Source of the DNA: a virus
Strand: one strand, 5' to 3'
DNA: 62,157 nucleotides
Virus record (IMG/VR): IMGVR_UViG_3300025294_000001
Part shown: in pieces, positions 44,892 through 52,562 of the stretch
How the letters are laid out: each line of letters opens with the position of its first letter
Position numbering within the stretch: position 1 is the stretch's first letter
Position numbers and translations under genes: made by a program
The notes under the pieces: model-generated
Database searches by the model: none
The model's input: only the letters and a program-made list of their open reading frames with translations
What the model was told of the DNA's origin: nothing

Positions 44892-45200
44892 ATGGATATG
44901 GTTCAATTCTTTTCAATGCTTCAATTAATTGGTGGGGTAATTCTTTCAGTCGGATACATTCCGCAAATCATTAAAATGATTAAAACTCGTTCGGTAGATG
45001 ATTTCAGTAAAATGTATTTAGGTTCTATTTTCTTTGGTATCGTGTTAATGGAAATGTACGCTGTTTATATGTATCTTGTAATTGATGTAGCTGAAATGCA
45101 ATCATTCTTCATTACTAATACAGCCTCTACTATTTTAAGTGGTACTGAGTTTGTATTACTATTAATGTTCGCAACTAAGAAACCTAAGAAACTTAAATAG
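44892..45200 (+). CDS. PQ-loop (SemiSWEET-like) three-TM membrane protein
   Basis: 102 aa, three hydrophobic segments. TM1 carries YIPQIIKMIKTRSVDDFS, matching the PQ-loop signature. Confidence 0.55.
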   Translation: MDMVQFFSMLQLIGGVILSVGYIPQIIKMIKTRSVDDFSKMYLGSIFFGIVLMEMYAVYMYLVIDVAEMQSFFITNTASTILSGTEFVLLLMFATKKPKKLK

Positions 45201-45210
45201 TATTAAAATT

Positions 45211-45247
45211 GACGTTGGTACTGATACTAGTACTAACGTCTTTTTTT
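45211..45247 (+). terminator. rho-independent terminator built from hexamer repeats
   Basis: Stem GACGTTGGTAC/GTACTAACGTC (one G-U pair) followed by T7. Confidence 0.7.
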
Positions 45248-45254
45248 GTTTATA

Positions 45255-45291
45255 TGTCCTAAAACTCTATGATTCTGCAAGTACCTAAGTG
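45255..45291 (+). promoter_or_regulatory. phage-specific promoter, class M, copy 9
   Basis: TGTCCTAAAA-N11-TGCAAGTACCTAAGTG, 21-nt offset. Confidence 0.6.
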
Positions 45292-45320
45292 TAAGGCAAA
45301 TGAGATAAGGGGTGACTAAA

Positions 45321-45539
45321 TTGTCAAACAAGCCAACAGTTAGAAAGATAGTACAGGACGCTTTATTTAACCATCCTGTTAAGGAAGTAAGTCATGAACA
45401 TAATACTTTGGTGTTAGTTTTAAATGCTGGGTATGAACTTGAAATTTCTGCTGAGTACAACCATTGCGACGAAACAGCCGAATTACATGTTGACCTTTTC
45501 AAAAATGAGAGAACTCATGTTGGGAATTATCAGGTTTGA
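45321..45539 (+). CDS. hypothetical protein
   Basis: Frame of track ORF 45312. TTG 45321 has better spacing to the SD AAGGGG than GTG 45312. Confidence 0.45.
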   Translation: MSNKPTVRKIVQDALFNHPVKEVSHEHNTLVLVLNAGYELEISAEYNHCDETAELHVDLFKNERTHVGNYQV

Positions 45540-45748
45540 GTAGGCTAGAACAGGTTGAAAACCCAATGGTTCGACCTATTAAAGATGTTCAAAGAGTGGG
45601 TGTAAGTTTCTGTGTTCACTGTAGCATAAGGCTATTTGCTGACGAGGAATTTCTTACTTTAGATGATGAACATTTTTGTGACACTCAATGTTTAAGAGAT
45701 TACTTAGGTGTTAGAAGAATAGAAGGGTGGGAACTACATGAAAAATAA
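45536..45748 (+). CDS. hypothetical Cys-containing small protein
   Basis: 70-aa ORF, overlap-coupled. CVHC...CDTQC motifs. Confidence 0.45.
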   Translation: MSRLEQVENPMVRPIKDVQRVGVSFCVHCSIRLFADEEFLTLDDEHFCDTQCLRDYLGVRRIEGWELHEK

Positions 45749-46013
45749 GATCATTGACGGTATTGCTACTGGTTTTAAGTTTCTATTAAACGTAATTGGT
45801 GTAACTATTGGAATTGCTATTCTACTGGCTTATCACTTTGGGATTCCGTATTTATTTTACAAATTCCTTAACAGTGGTGACACGGCTTATTCATTCTATT
45901 TAGCTGTATGGTTTGGTACTAGTTATGTACTGGAACTATGGCACAGACGCACGTTAAAGAAACAGTTAAAGCTATACAAAGAAATTGACGACATTATGAA
46001 AGGGAGATTCTAA
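45738..46013 (+). CDS. membrane protein (two TM segments)
   Basis: 91-aa ORF with hydrophobic segments VIGVTIGIAILLAYHF and FYLAVWFGTSYVL. Confidence 0.5.
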   Translation: MKNKIIDGIATGFKFLLNVIGVTIGIAILLAYHFGIPYLFYKFLNSGDTAYSFYLAVWFGTSYVLELWHRRTLKKQLKLYKEIDDIMKGRF

Positions 46014-46198
46014 TGGGTGAAGAACTAACATTGTCTCAACGATTAGAAGAACTGGCAAAGGAACTAGATGAAATTGCTTATCTTCCTGAGGACTATCATT
46101 ACAGTGATTTAGGTGACTGGTTCGCTAGTTCAGGTAGTGGCGACATTGATTGGGTAGCAAGTAAATTAAGAGAAATGGCAAAGGAGATAGAAAAATAA
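46013..46198 (+). CDS. hypothetical acidic protein
   Basis: 61-aa ORF, TAATG coupling. Confidence 0.45.
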   Translation: MGEELTLSQRLEELAKELDEIAYLPEDYHYSDLGDWFASSGSGDIDWVASKLREMAKEIEK

Positions 46199-46521
46199 TG
46201 AGAATCGTATTACAAGGAAGTTGCACACCTAGTCAAATGGGTAAAGCTGTACAGGAGATTTTAGAAAACACTTTAGAAAAGGCTGAGGCGAAAGGGAAGA
46301 AATACCCTATTCACAATGCTGTAATTGAATTTAACTTAAACGTAGTAGGCGAGGAAAAGCCTGTTTTAGTTATGGACGACGAAAGAGGGGCTATGCTTAC
46401 AATTCATACTGGAATTGAAAAGGGTAAGCTAACTGAATACGTTGAACCTGACCGTGAAGAACTGTTATCTAAATTCAATGAAATGATGGATAACGCAACA
46501 GGTGAAGCCAATGATGAATAG
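46198..46521 (+). CDS. hypothetical protein
   Basis: 107-aa ORF, TAATG coupling. Confidence 0.5.
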   Translation: MRIVLQGSCTPSQMGKAVQEILENTLEKAEAKGKKYPIHNAVIEFNLNVVGEEKPVLVMDDERGAMLTIHTGIEKGKLTEYVEPDREELLSKFNEMMDNATGEANDE

Positions 46522-46690
46522 GTTTTTCAATGTAGTTTGGTTAATAGTATTTTCAATGACTTTAGTGTTAAGTATCCAAAAGGGTAGTGCTGTTTGGATT
46601 GTTATTGACTCATTAATTATCCTTTTAAATTCTGTGGCTTTATTAGGAACTTCCAAAGTGACAGCAAATATCAAAGTAACAAAAGATTAA
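46502..46690 (+). CDS. small membrane protein
   Basis: 62-aa ORF with two hydrophobic segments. Confidence 0.45.
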   Translation: MKPMMNRFFNVVWLIVFSMTLVLSIQKGSAVWIVIDSLIILLNSVALLGTSKVTANIKVTKD

Positions 46691-46695
46691 AAAGA

Positions 46696-46726
46696 AACCC
46701 ACTGGCTTATTTGCTGGTGGGTTTTT
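46696..46726. terminator. bidirectional terminator between convergent genes
   Basis: 10-bp stem AACCCACTGG/CTGGTGGGTT flanked by an A-run and a T-run. Overlaps the 3' end of the reverse-strand gene. Confidence 0.65.
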
Positions 46727-47129
46727 CTGCTTTCTTTTTAAGTGTTCTCTTACTTCTCTTTCTAATTGACATTAAGTAGTCGTCCTGTTCAGGTAACATA
46801 CTACCACATAACTCTATTAGTTGTTGGTCTTGCTTCATAATTTCCTCAGTTTCAGGTGGCATAGTAAATTCAATTAAATCATTTAAATCTGTAATTCTTA
46901 ATGTAACAGCTATCACTATTAAATGTGGAACGCTAATTGTAGTTCTTTTCATGTTAGCTAACTCAGACAGCGACGCTGTACGGATACCTGTTAAATGACT
47001 TAATTCAGTCATGCTTATTCCTCTATCTTTTAAAATTTCCCCTAACTTACATCTAACTGTAAAGTACGGAAACCTCTCTAAATTCTTCTTAACGTGGTCA
47101 GTCGTATTTTCATGCACTCTAACTATCAT
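46707..47129 (-). CDS. XRE/Cro-CI family HTH transcriptional regulator (repressor candidate)
   Basis: LGEILKDRGISMTELSHLTGIRTASLSELANMKR is a classic XRE HTH. One of only four reverse-strand genes. Its promoter contains the 16-bp palindrome. Confidence 0.7.
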   Translation of the reverse strand: MIVRVHENTTDHVKKNLERFPYFTVRCKLGEILKDRGISMTELSHLTGIRTASLSELANMKRTTISVPHLIVIAVTLRITDLNDLIEFTMPPETEEIMKQDQQLIELCGSMLPEQDDYLMSIRKRSKRTLKKKAEKPTSK

Positions 47130-47171
47130 ATGTATTACCTCACTTAATTAATTAGTTTTCCTTACGACTCT

Positions 47172-47201
47172 ATTATATTACCGTATATCGTAAAATGTCA
47201 A
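47172..47201 (-). promoter_or_regulatory. host-type promoter of the XRE gene with an embedded operator-like palindrome
   Basis: Minus strand reads TTGACA-18 nt-TATAAT. Most of the spacer is TTACGATATACGGTAA (47178-47193). Followed by CGTAAGG and the conserved leader. Confidence 0.65.
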
Positions 47202-47209
47202 ATACAATT

Positions 47210-47246
47210 TGTCCCAAAATGCCTCCAAACTGCAAGTACATAAGTG
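47210..47246 (+). promoter_or_regulatory. phage-specific promoter, class M, copy 10
   Basis: TGTCCCAAAA-N11-TGCAAGTACATAAGTG, 21-nt offset. Divergent from the XRE promoter. Confidence 0.6.
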
Positions 47247-47259
47247 AGGAGGTTTCTAT

Positions 47260-47400
47260 ATGACAAAGAAAAAACAAAAGAAAACCATTGGTGTTATGAC
47301 ACAAAACAGAGGAACAATGCCACCACCAGCAAGGGCTGACAAAGTGAAAAAAGGCAAGGGTTCATATAACAGAAAAGAAGGAAAGAGAGTGGAATGGTAA
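47260..47400 (+). CDS. small basic protein with an ArfA-like KKGKGSYNRK motif (46 aa, below the ORF-track cutoff)
   Basis: SD GAGGAGG 7 nt upstream of ATG 47260. ADKVKKGKGSYNRKEGK resembles the KKGKGSYMRKGK segment of E. coli ArfA as I recall it. Confidence 0.45.
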   Translation: MTKKKQKKTIGVMTQNRGTMPPPARADKVKKGKGSYNRKEGKRVEW

Positions 47401-47942
47401 TGAAAATTGCACTGGTCGGAAAAATGAGATCAGGAAAGGATACGGTAGCGAAATTCTTTATTGATAATGAAGATGCAAACCAAATAGCGTTCGGTGATGA
47501 AATTAAAAAGATAGCACGACGTTACTTCCCTGAAATTGTAGCAAAGGGCAAACCAAGAGAGTTATATCAAGTAATTGGACAAGAAATGAGAAAGATTGAC
47601 CCTGATGTGTGGGTTAAGGCTTTAGATAGAACATTAACAAATTTAATGGGTTATGGAGAAACAAGTTTTGTTATTTCAGATGTTCGGCAAATGAATGAAT
47701 ATCATTACTTGAAAGAAATGGGCTTCACAGTTATTAAAGTTGAGGCTGACGATGAATTACGAAAAGAAAGAATTTATCAGTCAGGTGATTTATTTGAACC
47801 TGAACATTTCTATCATGAGACAGAAACAACGGTTGAGGATATACCTTGTGACTACTTAGTAACTAATAATACAACATTGGCTGATTTATACGACCAAATA
47901 TTTTATATACACAATGAACTTAAAGAGGGTGAGAAAGTATGA
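47394..47942 (+). CDS. P-loop nucleotide kinase (dNMP-kinase-like)
   Basis: Walker A LVGKMRSGKDT near the N-terminus. About 180 aa. The start could instead be ATG 47400. Confidence 0.55.
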   Translation: MVMKIALVGKMRSGKDTVAKFFIDNEDANQIAFGDEIKKIARRYFPEIVAKGKPRELYQVIGQEMRKIDPDVWVKALDRTLTNLMGYGETSFVISDVRQMNEYHYLKEMGFTVIKVEADDELRKERIYQSGDLFEPEHFYHETETTVEDIPCDYLVTNNTTLADLYDQIFYIHNELKEGEKV

Positions 47943-48268
47943 CAAATAAATATGAACAAGCGTACAAGCTGGATACCGAAAGTGGTGTGACAGCTTTTTT
48001 AAATGATTACCCTAAACTAGCTGAGGCGAGATTTTATTCAAGTGATTTTACTATTAGTGATTTCTTACTGGACTTCCATTTCTCAGTTAATAAGGCATTA
48101 ACAGAAAGACAGCGACAAGTTATTGAATTAACTTTCTATAAAGATATGAGACAGGTTGACGTTGCGAGAGAACTTAATTTATCACAGCAAACTGTACAGG
48201 AACATACTCAGAAAGCTATTAAGAATTTAGCGACGTATCACATGATCTTAAAGGAACGAGGTGAATAG
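47939..48268 (+). CDS. sigma-70 region-4-like HTH protein (late-transcription factor candidate)
   Basis: LTERQRQVIELTFYKDMRQVDVARELNLSQQTVQEHTQKAIKNL fits the region 4.2 pattern. Only 109 aa. Confidence 0.5.
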   Translation: MTNKYEQAYKLDTESGVTAFLNDYPKLAEARFYSSDFTISDFLLDFHFSVNKALTERQRQVIELTFYKDMRQVDVARELNLSQQTVQEHTQKAIKNLATYHMILKERGE

Positions 48269-48641
48269 TTTGGGTGTCAAAGCTGACTTTGAACAGGAAG
48301 TAGAACGGCTATTAGCTATTAAAGAGATTCTACCTTTAGAGACTCGTATTAAACAGGTTGAGGACTTGACTGAGTGGTATTACAAACAAACTGGACGCCA
48401 CTATAACAACAGTTTCTTTCTTGATATGTTAGGGACTTATTTACTGGCTGATATGCTGAGAGATAAAGGAACTCATAAAGTAAAGAAAACTGAGTATCCT
48501 GTCCTATCTCATACTCAACAGAAGTTGAGAAACAGACGTGAAAACCGTGTAGGTGACGAAAACATGGACTTTATCAAATTAAAGAAGGTACATAATCACC
48601 CTAACGCTTTCAAAAAGACAACTCAAAATAAAGATGAATAG
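48261..48641 (+). CDS. hypothetical protein, translationally coupled to the region-4-like gene
   Basis: 126-aa ORF overlapping the upstream gene by 8 nt. Confidence 0.5.
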   Translation: MNSLGVKADFEQEVERLLAIKEILPLETRIKQVEDLTEWYYKQTGRHYNNSFFLDMLGTYLLADMLRDKGTHKVKKTEYPVLSHTQQKLRNRRENRVGDENMDFIKLKKVHNHPNAFKKTTQNKDE

Positions 48642-48652
48642 GAGAGGTACAG

Positions 48653-48838
48653 ATGGGACTTACTGAAATTTTAACAGTTGTATTCATAGTTTTAAAATTA
48701 ACAGGTGTAATTGATTGGTCATGGTGGCTGGTTCTACTTCCTGAATTACTTGCAATCGGCTTATATATCATTGTAGTAACTGTAGGAGGTATCCTTACTG
48801 GTAAAGCTATTAAACATACATTCAAGAAACGGAAGTGA
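48653..48838 (+). CDS. small membrane protein (two TM segments)
   Basis: 61 aa with SD GGAGAGG. ILTVVFIVLKLTGVIDWSWWLVLLPELLAIGLYIIVVTVGGIL. Confidence 0.5.
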   Translation: MGLTEILTVVFIVLKLTGVIDWSWWLVLLPELLAIGLYIIVVTVGGILTGKAIKHTFKKRK

Positions 48839-48932
48839 TAGTATGTCAAATATCTTTTGTGGTATCTTTGCATTTTTCTTTTTCTTAATATGGTTCATGA
48901 TTCCAAGGGACGAGTAACTTTTACAGGTTGCT

Positions 48933-48969
48933 TGTCCTTTTTTTACGTTTATTTGCAAGTACATAAGTG
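48933..48969 (+). promoter_or_regulatory. phage-specific promoter, class M, copy 11
   Basis: TGTCCTTTTT-N11-TGCAAGTACATAAGTG, 21-nt offset. Confidence 0.55.
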
Positions 48970-49001
48970 TAAGGCAATTAAACGAAAAGGACGTGTCATT
49001 T

Positions 49002-49694
49002 ATGAACACAGAAAAAATGATTTTTAACCGTAACGAACCAGTATTCGGACAAGCTATTGAACAACCTTCACAGGAACTTATTAAGAATACATTGGGCCTA
49101 CATAATGCTTCATTAGAAGATGCTTTAAAATACGGTGGCGAATTAACACGTCAAGCGATTGGTTCAATGAACCTAACAATGTCTCGTAAATATATCACTG
49201 TTGATACAAAGATTCACATGTTAGTACCTAATATGTGTCCTGCAATTGGTGGCTGGCATAATGACGGTGTACCTCGTGGGGAACAACTTGACCCTAACGC
49301 AAAATCAAAGCCAAATATTCAATCACAGGAAGAACTTGATAGTTCTATTTTCCATCTATTAGTTACTGGTGATTCTTGCTTAACTCAGTTCATCAAAGAA
49401 AGAGATATTGAATTAGACGTACCTGCTGTACCTGATACAAGTCTTTACAGAATGATGAACGCACAGGTTACTGAGAAAGTAAAGAACGGTGAATTAACAT
49501 CATATGAAATGCCAAGCTGTACCCCTGTTATGTGGGACTGGTGGGAACTTCATACTGGTGTACCTGCTAAGAAACATGAATGGAGATTCTTGATTCGTGT
49601 TACTGAGTCAGACCATATTAAACCTAAAACGGATTTACGTGATGTTATCCGAACTCAACAACAAGGTTATATGCCTATCGGCTTTGGGTGGTAA
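49002..49694 (+). CDS. hypothetical protein with H-x-D...H...R spacing (possible 2OG-Fe(II) oxygenase fold)
   Basis: GGWHNDG, then about 95 aa later ELHTG, then WRFLIRV. ATG 49002 is in frame with track ORF 48993. Confidence 0.3.
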   Translation: MNTEKMIFNRNEPVFGQAIEQPSQELIKNTLGLHNASLEDALKYGGELTRQAIGSMNLTMSRKYITVDTKIHMLVPNMCPAIGGWHNDGVPRGEQLDPNAKSKPNIQSQEELDSSIFHLLVTGDSCLTQFIKERDIELDVPAVPDTSLYRMMNAQVTEKVKNGELTSYEMPSCTPVMWDWWELHTGVPAKKHEWRFLIRVTESDHIKPKTDLRDVIRTQQQGYMPIGFGW

Positions 49695-49696
49695 GA

Positions 49697-50008
49697 ATGG
49701 AATACATTGTTAAAGCTACTCAGAATCTAAACTTAAATGAATATATCGAATTTGAACAACAGTTCAAAGACAAAGCAAAGTCAAGAAGTATAGCTTACCT
49801 TTGGTGGGCTATCTTTGGGGCTTTTGGCGGTCATAGATTCTATTTAGGTAATTACGGTACTGGACTAATTATATTAGTCGTGACGCTGTTCACATTAGGG
49901 CTAGGGGCTATTGTCGGCTGGCTTGACGTACTGAATATTAAACGATTAACCGAGAACGCAAATAGAGAGATTGTATTAAATATAGTGAAGGACGTGAAAC
50001 GAAAGTGA
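49697..50008 (+). CDS. TM2-domain membrane protein
   Basis: YLWWAIFGAFGGHRFYLGNYGTGLIILV matches the TM2 domain signature. ATG 49697 is in frame with track ORF 49688. Confidence 0.6.
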   Translation: MEYIVKATQNLNLNEYIEFEQQFKDKAKSRSIAYLWWAIFGAFGGHRFYLGNYGTGLIILVVTLFTLGLGAIVGWLDVLNIKRLTENANREIVLNIVKDVKRK

Positions 50009-50295
50009 GTCATGACCCTAATATTCTTAGAATGCAAACCTACATAAATAAAGACATTATCGCTACTGTTCCTGATAGAGAGTTATTTGAGGACTTTCAG
50101 GAGAAAAGAGTGACTGATGCAATGCGTGAGGAAATCCATAAAAAGGTTAAGTTTTCATGGACGGACGAGGATGATCTTAATTCGACGGTACTTATTGGCG
50201 AGGTCGCTATTTTACATGTTGATGAATATAAACAACTTTTAACACAGTTAAAAACTTATAAAGAAATAAGTGAGAGAAGAGGGAGACATATATGA
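50005..50295 (+). CDS. hypothetical protein
   Basis: 96-aa ORF, overlap-coupled. Confidence 0.5.
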   Translation: MSHDPNILRMQTYINKDIIATVPDRELFEDFQEKRVTDAMREEIHKKVKFSWTDEDDLNSTVLIGEVAILHVDEYKQLLTQLKTYKEISERRGRHI

Positions 50296-50714
50296 AACGA
50301 GTTTATTTAGCTTCACCATTCTTTAATGTAAGAGAGGTAGAACTAGTAAAACAGGTTGAAAATATTCTAGCTGCTAAAGGTCTTGAAGTGTTCTCACCGA
50401 TGCGTGACCAAATGACAAACCTTGAAGCTGGAACACGTCACTGGTCAATTGAAACATTCCGAAACGATGTTAAATACATTGATTGGGCTGAGGTAGTTGT
50501 AACTATCTATCACGGTAATTATTCTGATAGTGGTACAGCATGGGAATTAGGTTACGCTTATGGAACTAATAAACCAGTTATTGTTGTACATGTAGGTGAA
50601 GACAGCAACTTAATGGTACATGAGGGCGGTCATGCAAACATTACCTTAGAAGAGTTAGTTAACTATAATTTTGATAAGTTACCTAGTTCTTTCTATGAAG
50701 GTAAAATGTTTTGA
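50292..50714 (+). CDS. nucleoside 2-deoxyribosyltransferase-like protein
   Basis: VYLASPFFN near the N-terminus and GTAWELGYAYG (catalytic Glu context) fit the family pattern. Confidence 0.65.
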   Translation: MKRVYLASPFFNVREVELVKQVENILAAKGLEVFSPMRDQMTNLEAGTRHWSIETFRNDVKYIDWAEVVVTIYHGNYSDSGTAWELGYAYGTNKPVIVVHVGEDSNLMVHEGGHANITLEELVNYNFDKLPSSFYEGKMF

Positions 50715-51010
50715 GGTTTGGATTATTAGAGTGGATGAATAGGAGACAGCGACAAATCCTAGTCCACTCTTTTTTATATTACCAATTAAACGAAAACATA
50801 ATTGATGATTCTACTTTTGATAAATGGTCAAAAGAACTATATGAAGCAATGCAAAATAATCCTGACGTAGCAAAAAGATCAGTTTACTATAAAGACTTTT
50901 TGGAGTTCGACGGTTCAAGTGGGTATGACTTACCATACGCCAACCCTGAGGTTCAACACAGTGGATATAGATTACTTAAAATACACGCTGAAAAGAGGAA
51001 AAAGAAATGA
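50711..51010 (+). CDS. hypothetical protein
   Basis: 99-aa ORF, TTG start overlapping the upstream stop. Alternative ATG at 50735. Confidence 0.45.
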   Translation: MRFGLLEWMNRRQRQILVHSFLYYQLNENIIDDSTFDKWSKELYEAMQNNPDVAKRSVYYKDFLEFDGSSGYDLPYANPEVQHSGYRLLKIHAEKRKKK

Positions 51011-51438
51011 CAAACTTACAAGTAGCAACAACAGGTAGTGAGTACAAGTTTTGGGAACTGTTTCGTTATGGAGAAGATAAAGATGTTTTTGAAGTAATTA
51101 AGTCAGATATTCCAGAGTATACAGGTACACGTTACGTAATGAAACAAACTAAATCAGGTGTTATTTTAAAACACTTTGGTACTTATGAGAATGATTCAAG
51201 CGACGATATTGTTGTACCTTATGGTGTAGTTACTGGTGCTATTTTCAAACGTGTAGAACAGTTCTTACCTATTCATATTGGTGACGCTATGAACGAAATC
51301 AAAGAGGACAAGCGAAACGTATTTGTTCAAGACAAAAACGGTCACTTTGAACGAGTTACGGTATGGACTGGATTAGATGAAATTGAAGTTGCTGATTTTG
51401 ATGATTTACTAAAACGACAATTCTTTATTAAAAAATAA
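51007..51438 (+). CDS. hypothetical protein
   Basis: 143-aa ORF, ATGA coupling. Confidence 0.5.
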   Translation: MTNLQVATTGSEYKFWELFRYGEDKDVFEVIKSDIPEYTGTRYVMKQTKSGVILKHFGTYENDSSDDIVVPYGVVTGAIFKRVEQFLPIHIGDAMNEIKEDKRNVFVQDKNGHFERVTVWTGLDEIEVADFDDLLKRQFFIKK

Positions 51439-51503
51439 TAACCAGGGGCGAGGAAACTTGCCTCTTTTACATTTCTATTACAAAAGGAGGATTCACCTGT
51501 AAA

Positions 51504-51833
51504 ATGACTGACTTTTATAAGGTTAAGTGTACAAGAGTTAAAGACGGTGACACGTTCGTAGGTGATGTTACTTTTGGTTCTTTTAACATGACTTTACATG
51601 ACCAAGTATTCCGTTTGATGGGCGTTGATACACCTGAGAGACATGAGGAACTTTACTATGAGGCAACTGAATTTACAGCCCAACATATTGAGGGAAAAGA
51701 ATTTACAGTGTTTCTACATGGAAAGGATTCTTTTGGACGATGGTTAACTGACGTTTACTTGAACGGAAATTTAAACACTAGTTTTAATGATTCTTTATTG
51801 AAAGAAGGGTTAGCGAAAGTATTCAAAAAATAA
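51504..51833 (+). CDS. thermonuclease (SNase)-like protein
   Basis: VKDGDTFVGD...FRLMGVDTPE matches the staphylococcal nuclease core motifs. SD AAGGAGG. Confidence 0.6.
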   Translation: MTDFYKVKCTRVKDGDTFVGDVTFGSFNMTLHDQVFRLMGVDTPERHEELYYEATEFTAQHIEGKEFTVFLHGKDSFGRWLTDVYLNGNLNTSFNDSLLKEGLAKVFKK

Positions 51834-51848
51834 AAAGGTGGTTTTAAA

Positions 51849-52517
51849 ATGAGGAAAGCAATAACAACTTTAGCATTAATGGGTGGAATTTTATTTGTAG
51901 GTGGACAAGATGCGTTTGCTTATGAGGTGAAGAGTGGAGATACTATGTCAAAGGTGGCTGAGACTCAGGGAATGAGTTTACATACATTAGTAAGCCTTAA
52001 CCCACAGGTTTCTAACATTGACCGTATCTTTGTAGGACAAACTTTACACACTGACGCAACAGGCGTTGAACAGGAAACAACTAAAGTTGACACTAATATT
52101 AATACTGATACTAGTACTAATGATGATGTCATGACTGCTTTAAATATTAGCGGTGACGACTTTGATTTATTATCTAGATTAGTAGAGGCTGAGGCTGGTA
52201 TTGAACCTTTCGAGGGTAAAATAGCTGTAGCTAATGTAATCTTAAACCGAGTTGAGTCAGACCAATTCCCTAATACAATTGAGGGTGTTATTTACGAGGC
52301 TGGACAGTTTCAACCTGTCAGAAATGGACACATAAATAAAGTACCTTCTGAGGAATCGAAAGAGGCTGTACGAAAGGCTTTATCAGTCAATAGAAGTCTT
52401 GGAGGAAACTCTTTATACTTCTATGATCCACGTTATAGCGACGAGTCGGCAAAGCGTTGGTTTAATACTTTAGAGACAACTATGACAATCGGAAATCACG
52501 TATTCAAAACAGAATAG
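51849..52517 (+). CDS. secreted LysM plus SleB-type cell-wall hydrolase
   Basis: Signal-like N-terminus, LysM (YEVKSGDTMSKVAETQGMSLHTLVSLNP), T/D/N linker, and SleB/Hydrolase_2-like LSRLVEAEAG...VANVILNRV...GQFQP. Confidence 0.7.
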   Translation: MRKAITTLALMGGILFVGGQDAFAYEVKSGDTMSKVAETQGMSLHTLVSLNPQVSNIDRIFVGQTLHTDATGVEQETTKVDTNINTDTSTNDDVMTALNISGDDFDLLSRLVEAEAGIEPFEGKIAVANVILNRVESDQFPNTIEGVIYEAGQFQPVRNGHINKVPSEESKEAVRKALSVNRSLGGNSLYFYDPRYSDESAKRWFNTLETTMTIGNHVFKTE

Positions 52518-52526
52518 TCATAAGAA

Positions 52527-52562
52527 AAGGACAGGGGATGTATTCCCTTGTCCTTATTTTTT
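52527..52562. terminator. bidirectional terminator
   Basis: 11-bp stem AAGGACAGGGG/CCCTTGTCCTT, with an A-run upstream and a T-run downstream. Lies between convergent genes. Confidence 0.75.
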
